Below, piece after piece: positions 56,200 through 64,000 of a stretch of DNA of 64,000 nt. The notes beneath the pieces were generated by a model. It saw only the letters and a list, made by a program, of their open reading frames with translations, did no database searches and had not been told where the DNA came from. Origin of the DNA: Ptychomitrium polyphyllum (taxonomy: Eukaryota); assembly GCA_973851085.1 (NCBI GenBank), contig OZ316775.1:6200001-6264000 (forward strand). The letters run 5' to 3'. Position 1 is the stretch's first letter; the number at the start of each line of letters is the position of its first letter. Made by a program: the position numbers and the translations under genes.

Positions 56200-59100
56200 A
56201 ACTTTATGGCATTCTTTTAACGGACCACAACAGTTTAAGGTATTCTTTGAATGAAAAGAAAAGCAACTTCATAAACAAATTTGTATCATCACCTTGAAGT
56301 CAGAAGTTTAAAATTTGGTTTATGAACATATTCCAATGCTTCTTGGTTAAAGAACATATGGTTGGAGAATACAAGGTACCTTATAACATATTATTGATTT
56401 ATAATAGTCATTCTTACAATTTATTCTTTGAGATTTTAAAAACATAAGGTAAGTTATTGTTAAGTTTGTTTCTATAGTGTCCATCTTCTTTTTCTATATC
56501 ATTTTTATTCATTTCTAAAAAAACATAATTAAAAAGTCCTCTTGTTACTTCTATGAATTATGTTTTGTGCTAAGAATTGTTAAGATTTAGATGGAAGGCA
56601 CAAAGAGTATGGCAATTGCAAAATAATTGAAGTGACTCAGCAACAAATGTAACATTACCAAAAAACCATACAAACTTCTAAAGCATGCAAATGATCGAAG
56701 AATGCAAGTGTACAACAGCAATTTCCAGTAAAGTAAAAATAACCTATGAACCCCCAAAATTAATCAAAGTTACAGTAAATAAAAATTCCTACAAACTTTT
56801 ACTAAATCATAGTTAGTTTTTCATCTATGGATTTCAAAAACATCCCCCAAAATCCTTATATATTACTTAATTTCTTTCTAATGCAAAAGTAATACTTGTT
56901 AAGTAAAATCTTGTATTACTTGTGAATTATTTTTACAACTATAATTTTATTATATTACATTAAAAATTACAAAATTATTAATTGAAATGAATTATTGTTA
57001 CTTTTTTTATTTTTTTTCATGTATTTTCTAAGAATATAATGGGCAATCAGGGCTTCTACATCTATTGCATCAAAACCTACAAGGATACATATATTCTTTT
57101 TTTTAACTTCAAAAACAATGAAAACAAAACCTGTTTTTTTTTTTGGTTCCAAAAATAGTAGAATTTCCTCAAAGCGAGCACCTGTAATAATTTAAATAAA
57201 AATCAAATTCAATATAATTGCCAACTTTGAAACTTTGAAACTTAAATTATATTTGTAGTTTATTTTAAATAAAGATAAAAAGACTAAAATGAAAGTTCTT
57301 TTATCATTGGTATATCATCAATTATACAACAAAAGATATAGGATTTTTAAAAATGAAAACATACAAGATTTAAAAATATAAACATAAATGCTTTTTTTTG
57401 GAGTTTTCAAATCAAAATTTTTTAAATGATTAACTATTGGTTTATTTTAGTTTTTTCATTGAGGTGCAAAATCTAATTATCTTTAAAAAGATAAATTTAA
57501 TTAAAATATTTTATTCCAAAAAAAATACAAATGAAGTATAAAATTTGAATAATTTATTTTATATACAAAAGTAATTGATGTGTATGAAAAGGAATCCAAT
57601 TAAATACAATAATTCTTGATTTAATGTTGTTTAATTCATTAAATAAAAATATGTTAAAAAAACCTTTTCAATAATACAAGTATGTCTATTTATCAAATAT
57701 CCATTGCGGTAAGAATATGTACTCATTTATGAATTAGACTAAATTAAAATTTTCAATACAATGGATATCCACTTGGACCAAATCAACATTTCAACGTCTT
57801 TGTATGAATAACTTCAACGCCCCTTTTCTAACATATTGACAAATAAATAGTACATATATATTTCTTTCTAGCATTCTTTAGAAATAACTTGACAAAGATG
57901 ACCAAAGAAATTGTTGTAAAAAAGACAAATCTATTATAGATGGAATAAGCATGTTATCATGAAAAAAAGCATAATATAATCATAAAAATATATTTCTTGT
58001 ATTAGAATTTGAAATGGACTTTAATGCAAGTGGCTTGATAAATTTTGGAACTAATATGAATGTTATGAAATGTCAAAGGATAAGATGGATGTAGTATTAA
58101 ATTATATGGATAAGTAGGAACATCTAATAGAAGTAAATACAACATTTTCATCCATTTAATAGTTAAGAATCAAGATTTTAGATTGAACCAAAAGATAAAT
58201 TTGGATTCTCTTTCAACCATTTTAGAGTTTATAATTGGTAATTGCTTGAAATTACCACCCATATCAAGTTCCTACCTTAAACCATAATGAATAGCCAAAA
58301 GATGTCTCAACTTCCACATTTACAAATTCTCAAAAACTTCCAATATTTCAAAACCAATTCTAGGCTTTTATGCACTAATTTGAAATTAGACAAAATATAC
58401 ATCATAGTAATTAAAAATTGTCACATAAATTGTAACAATGTAGTTATAGAGTAGCTTGCATTGAAATATATTCTAATATCCAAATTACTATGAATAAATA
58501 ATATATAAAATATGTTTACAACAATACTTTCGAAAAACAAACAAGTAACTATTATAATTTTAACATTACAGGATTCCACTATTATGTTTTCACACTAATT
58601 TGAAAATACTCTACTCCAGTGATACTAAAGTGAACATTGCTGTCAGTTCTTACTCTAATACTAGGTCTCACAACAATGATAATAAACAGTGTAGCCACAT
58701 CATTCCCCACAACCAAGTTACATTGTCACATTCCTGAGCATAAATGTTACACGTCCAGGTCCAGAAAAACTTTAAAGAGTGGCCATATCTATATGTGAAC
58801 TTACAGTATTAGCCAGGTGGGCAACAAAACTAGTCCAGGGTGGGAAATTGCCACCAGAAGACTGTTGCAAGGAACTTCCAGTAAAGACAGAATCCACTGC
58901 CAACTTCACCAGTAATCTCAAACTCTGATAAGCTAATCCATAAATAGTTGTACAGTCAACCGAGATTTGAGAATCCAAGACTCCATATCATTTTTAATCC
59001 ACTTCTTAAAGCCACTTTTTCGGAAGGAGGCGGTTTCAGGATGCGTGACCCATCATTCACAACCAAGGAGGAAACTTCTTGACAAACACCTATGACAGCA

Positions 59101-59320
59101 GTTTCACTTGTAATCGTTTCCTTCGACATCAAAACATCTGGGGAACTACACTGCTGCCATCCAAATCCATGACTCACCAGAGTTATTTGGGAGCTCATCC
59201 CTTTTTCTTTGGAAAGTAGATGAGTGATCCAATATGCATGCATTGGAATATGCCTGCCAATCATGTGATAAAGAAACAACTCGATATTGAAGTACGTTTT
59301 CCAATCATAAAACACAAATG
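56200..59320. mobile_element. AT-rich block with possible DNA-transposase remnants
   Basis: Plus strand near 58060-58095 reads ML*NVK..RWM, weakly like the hAT-type NVKTRW motif. Minus strand 59315-59200 reads FYDWKTYF...IP.H.Y....SKEKG, weakly like transposase-associated C-termini. CpG-poor. Confidence 0.25.
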
Positions 59321-60958
59321 ATATAAAGAAGGGGCGGAATATGTGCTGTGATTTTGATTGAGGAAAGGGCTGAGTTTACAATTAACTCTACATCCTTCAA
59401 CACATCATTCTATCGCTAGATGTATGACTGCATCGTCCATATAACCTTGCTTGTTCTTGAGTATATTTCAGCTAGCCAAATCCGCATGAAAAGCTGAGGT
59501 GTGGAGCCGCATTCTACCTAGGTACTACCAAATATCACCTCTATATTATATGAGTAACGGGAAAAATTATGACTACGATAGAAAGGAAAAAATGAATCAC
59601 TGCAACAAAGCACTTTAGAGACTAATTTCAAATAGCGTCATCTGTAACGTGAGGCACGACAGTACATGCCATATGACACTACAGACAATCTTTAGTGTAC
59701 TCAGAACCGTTGCAATGAAGATCAATATGGAGTTACGGTAAGCTAGATCTCTGAGTCGCGTGTTAACTCGGATTCGGAAGATTGCATGCATTGTGGTACG
59801 GGAGACAAATGGGTGAAGAAATGCTAAAGAAAGACCACGAAATGGCAGGCGAAAGGGGACCCTAGGGGTGTGAATCTGTGATTGAAATATGGTGATCTGA
59901 TGGCCGACATATTGCATGGCACGTTGGGAAATAAGACAAATGGGTGCATGTGGGTAGCTAAGGACGGTTACAGGGGTAGGGAATTGTGTGCACGGACACC
60001 GAAGCAGGGTAGAAGAAGGGGAGCCATAATTGCAAGCAACGCACTTGAGAGAGCGTGCAATAATTCTGGAGATGCCTGACAGTTTTGCGTTGATCGGGTC
60101 AAAAGGCGTGGCGAAGCAATTCACAGAGGTACTGCAACTCATGCACAACGTGATTCTCGCACGTTGTAACGCAACCAGGATTCAACGATGAATAATAGAT
60201 CAGATGACGAAACTCTGGCGATCGAACTTACGGATCAATTGTTGGTGTGTTCTTTGCTTTTTCAAAAGCTGGAGGGCAAGCCTGGTCCACCATAGAGCAT
60301 CTCCCACGAGTTGGATTCCTCGCTTCGTCCGCCGAATATGTTCACAACTTTGGATCCCTGATGGAGAGTTTCTTGATCCCCAGCCGACAGTTTCCGCGCC
60401 CATATTTTGGAGAGAATTGGTGCAGCTTGGCACCAGCTTGGCGACGACGAATTGAATTGAGTTGCTTCCGGAAAGGCATGTGCAGCATCAGGTTCGTACT
60501 CTGCATTTCCGTGGGTGATCATCTTTCTAGAGCTTTAGATCTCGTGCAGAGGTTCTTATCAAGCGGTGGACAGGGATTGTGCAGAGACTTGGCTAGGGTA
60601 TCTGACTGATGCGATGTGAAGTTCAGATAATTGCATACTCGCTGGTCTACTCTCGTGACTCCATGATTCGTTCCTGGGACTCCATGGTTTGAGTTGAATT
60701 GGCCTGGTCGTAGCTCAAGCTCCACGTTCTCTATGACAATCTCTGCAAGATTTTCAGTATACACAACTGTGAGCGAGAGGGTTAACGTGCTCTTGGACGG
60801 ATGCATGTTGCTTAGAGGCGCCAACTGACGGTTTGCAGATATCTGTTAATCATTCGGAAAATGTCACAAGCAAATTGTATGCCAGGAGAGTCAGCATTCT
60901 CTTTTCTTCTCGAATTCTAGTAATTTAATGGTGATGAGAATGCAGAGATGAACTCCTC

Positions 60959-61017
60959 GCGCCTAGAATGACCTTTCCTTAGTTGGAACATGTTTTTGCG
61001 CCTAGAATGACCTTTCC
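60959..61017. repeat. 20-bp perfect direct repeat upstream of the LRR gene
   Basis: GCGCCTAGAATGACCTTTCC at 60959-60978 and 60998-61017. Confidence 0.9.
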
Positions 61018-61247
61018 AACGAATCCTTTACCTGGAATCTGCACGTTTCTTGAAATTAACAATTCAAACAGAGCTACTATAGCCAGAAAAGGAGTTGTCA
61101 TTACCTCTAGGTCGAATCAGATTTTTCTCCGACTGATTAAACTTCGTGTGTTGATTTTCTTGCACAACATCACAGAAGCATCTAGACGCAAATTAGAGCA
61201 GAATCCGGCAAGTACCACAGCTGGAGAGTATCACCAGTAGGGCAGAG

Positions 61248-62006
61248 ATGGAAGTGGTAGGAAGGAGGAGCCGCAGCGATGCAATTCTGGTGGCGGTGAC
61301 GCTGCTGCTGGCCATATCCCGCTGCCAGGCGTGGGACTGCTCGTCGGCGGACAAGACGATTCTGCTGGACTTTAAGAACAGTTTCGTGGACAACGCAGGG
61401 GTGTTTTCATCGTGGAATGGCACCAACTGCTGCACATGGGCGGGCGTGACATGTCGTGAAACTGACGGCGCGGTGCTGGAGCTCAGCATCGTGGGATCGT
61501 CGGCGTCGAACCAACAGCCATATCGTGACACGGGCTACTCGGGGGGGTCGGTGGGCGCAGGGCTGGTGGGGCTGACGAGCCTGCAAAAGCTGAAGATCCA
61601 GTGGGTTTTGTTCAACGGCGCCATCCCGTCGACGTGGGGCTCATTTTCCAGCAACCTGATATGGATAACCATTAACAACGCTAACCTGCGCAACGACATC
61701 CCGTCCAACCTCGCCAACATTCAGAGCCTGCAGCACCTGGACCTTAAGTCCAACCACCTCACAGGCTCCATCCCGTCCTCCTTCTGCTCGCACCCCAGCC
61801 TCAACTATATCGACGTCTCCTACAACGACATGAATTACATCCTCGTGCCTCTGTGCCTGCGGAGCCAGAACAACATCACCATCATCTCTGGCAACCAGGG
61901 CCAGAGCACCAGCCCTGGCTCCTCCGGCGCTGGCTCCATGCTCACCGTCGCCTCGTCCGTGGTGCTCGCGTTCGGCGTCCTCTCCACCGCGCTGCTCGTC
62001 CTCTGA
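61248..62006 (+). CDS. Extracellular LRR protein (PGIP-like N-cap), probably GPI-anchored, 252 aa, single exon
   Basis: Signal peptide, LRRNT C...DK..LL.FK...FSSWNGTNCCTWAGVTC, about 4-5 plant LRRs (e.g. LQHLDLKSNHLTGSIPSSF), S/G-rich spacer SPGSSGAGS, then a terminal hydrophobic stretch with no cytosolic tail. Strongly GC-ending codons. Confidence 0.92.
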   Translation: MEVVGRRSRSDAILVAVTLLLAISRCQAWDCSSADKTILLDFKNSFVDNAGVFSSWNGTNCCTWAGVTCRETDGAVLELSIVGSSASNQQPYRDTGYSGGSVGAGLVGLTSLQKLKIQWVLFNGAIPSTWGSFSSNLIWITINNANLRNDIPSNLANIQSLQHLDLKSNHLTGSIPSSFCSHPSLNYIDVSYNDMNYILVPLCLRSQNNITIISGNQGQSTSPGSSGAGSMLTVASSVVLAFGVLSTALLVL

Positions 62007-63691
62007 GCGTCGCAAGCAACAACAACAACCCACTACTCGACCCCACAACCCAAGCATATGAGAGCAAAAACTTTGGGAATTTTGATGCCGTCTCTCTCTG
62101 TTCTCTTATCTTGGTGTCTGGTTAATAACGTAAGTGTTTCCAGATCTCTCGAGTGTTTAGTCCCGGAGATAAGTTGTTGTTGGAATTCAGATGTAAAGTT
62201 GGAAGATTTAGTTAGTTAGTCAGTTAGCAAGCATGCCAGGAGTTCGTTGCAACGAGACATTAATTGTTGACTACAGCTCGACGTTGTCAGACTACCGCTG
62301 CTAGGGTTGCAGGTCGTGTGATCTCTGTAGTTTTAAGTTAAGCCATATTTTCTCTTGGCATGTATATTAGTAGAATGACTCGGTGCTGTACGGTTAATGA
62401 TCTGTTGATTGAACATCCGAGCACCATCTGCTTGCTGGGTTGTAACTCTGATTAGTTCAAGAATAAAGCAAAAAAAAGAATTTGTTCGAGCAGCTGTGTT
62501 TCTTAATTGTGACCTAGCATGAGGTGCTGTCCCGAAGAACCCTAGATGTTGTTGGTAACACTTTCTATGCAATTTTCTTAGTCTTCAGCTAAAGATGTGA
62601 GGGAGTAAAACATTTCAGATACTCTGTTTTCAGGATTTTAGGTTTAACTTACGAGCGTTCTTTTCAGAGTTATGAAACTTGTTGACTGATGGTGGTGTTG
62701 CTTTGTGAATTCGAATACCGTTGCAACTGTATTAGCAATTGACAGACATGGTTTAGCTGGTTACTACTTCACAGATTACACCAGATAAGAACTATACAGT
62801 CGTTATGCTAATCATGGCTCTCAGAATGTGTTGCATCCACCCTATTCTTGAACCTGTACGTTATGATTTTCCATCTTCATCCTCATTATCAGGTGATATC
62901 ATTGTAGTTGTGCATTAGAACATTTTCTATGCATTTGCATAAACCGCTCCAGATTCAATGATCTGCAAACTTTTTTCTCTGCTTGCAATCCGACGCAATT
63001 CTTCCAAGAACTTAATTTACTTTAAGTTCACGTAAGAGCCGAGCTTCTGAATTTGAGACGAGAAAAGCGAGTGATCTATGTCAGTGCTGAGCCTGATCCG
63101 TTGCATAAAAAAGATATAGAATAAGCATTGACGCTTGATGTTGAGACAGGAACAGCAGCAAGCTTTGAGAAGACTACTCAGTTGAATGATCGAGAGGAAG
63201 CTTTCAGGCAATTTCATTGATGGTATGATGAAAGTGCATCGCGTTGGTTCCTCAACAGCGTGCAGCTTTGAACGGCTATGGCTCCTAGGATGTTGAGGAT
63301 TAATGACCTCGATTTCACCAAACTTGTGCGGGTGGCTCAAACCAAGCACAGGGGTTGACCACAACTTTTCTGTGGATGCTGACGACCAGTTTTCCGTGTC
63401 CCATGACATCGGGTTGTAGCAAAACGGATGTGGCTGTGGGGATGTCACTGTTGGTGGTTTTACAGTACATGAAGGACTAGGTAGAAAAGCCTTCAGCTGA
63501 TCGCCTCTGGGGTGGGATTGCAGAGACTAGGGTTGTTGGGTTTCGGCTATGTTCAAAGTAATGCAGTTGAAGAACGTCAATTGGGGTCCGTAAGGAATTT
63601 GGATTCAGAGTAGAAGGACGCCTGGAAATTTGTGAAGACTTGAGCTTGTGGGGTTTAGCGAGATTTTTATCTGTCTTAGAATTGGATCGAG

Positions 63692-64000
63692 ATGCTACAA
63701 GCAACGGGATTGAGGGTGGAGAGTGTGAGGAGTTTTGCAAGTAGTAGTTTCCGGGTTGTGAATCCTCTTGTGCGCAAGCAAGGATGCCAGAGCGCTTGCA
63801 TCGTAGTTGCCGCGACGACGAAGGTCAAGCCTAAACTCACGAGGCTAAGGAAAGACGAGATTGGGCAAGTGTTGCCATGGACAGGCTCTGGGGAGCAGAG
63901 GCTGCAGAAGCTGGGTACGCCCGCAACATGGATGACGCGGTTGGCGATCTCGTTGGCAGGGTCCGCCATGTTCTACAACTACAACACCATGGCCGCTGCT
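63692..64000 (+). CDS. 5' part of a gene for a probable plastid-targeted membrane protein (runs off the window; absent from the ORF track)
   Basis: The frame is open from ATG 63692 to the window end: MLQATGLRVESVRSFASSSFRVVNPLVRKQGCQSACIVVAATTKVKPKLTRLRKDEIGQVLPWTGSGEQRLQKLGTPATWMTRLAISLAGSAMFYNYNTMAAA. Transit-peptide-like S/R/A/V-rich start; acceptor TCTTAG at 63679. Confidence 0.7.
   Translation, partial: MLQATGLRVESVRSFASSSFRVVNPLVRKQGCQSACIVVAATTKVKPKLTRLRKDEIGQVLPWTGSGEQRLQKLGTPATWMTRLAISLAGSAMFYNYNTMAAA

Noticed and set aside
59615..60830. Cluster of 65-177 aa ORFs upstream of the GPI-LRR gene
   Set aside because: They overlap on both strands, mostly use non-ATG starts, and show no splice-consistent model or domain.
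63676..63969. 97-aa minus-strand ORF at the window end
   Set aside because: Antisense shadow of the more credible + strand frame starting at 63692.

Overview
Eukaryotic nuclear DNA from a land plant, most likely a moss. This is inferred from the GT-AG multi-exon genes, long intron-containing 5' leaders and AT-rich, CpG-poor intergenic blocks. I built the gene models by hand from splice sites and reading-frame phase. In order: an ERF084-like AP2/ERF factor (+), tRNA-Val(AAC) (-), a 13-exon group IV-A CNGC19/20-like channel (-), a 76-aa Cys-rich membrane peptide under an ABRE/DRE cluster (-), a CFM9-like CRM-domain organellar splicing factor behind a telomere-like 8-bp array (+), a small secreted LysM protein (+), a divergent Nudix-like protein (+), an intron-containing gamma-carbonic-anhydrase pseudogene (-), a 23-exon LRR receptor kinase with two 1-nt frameshifts in LRR exons (+), a probable GPI-anchored LRR protein (+), and the start of a plastid-targeted gene missed by the ORF track (+, runs off the window end). 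Most of the ORF track is antisense or intronic noise. There are no CRISPR or prokaryotic features. The most interesting points are the splice-rescuable frameshifts and Cys-rich juxtamembrane module of the RLK, an alternative acceptor in CFM9 that would separate the targeting peptide, the non-canonical Nudix box, and the local concentration of cell-surface signalling genes. No database searches were run, so family assignments come from motif recognition.
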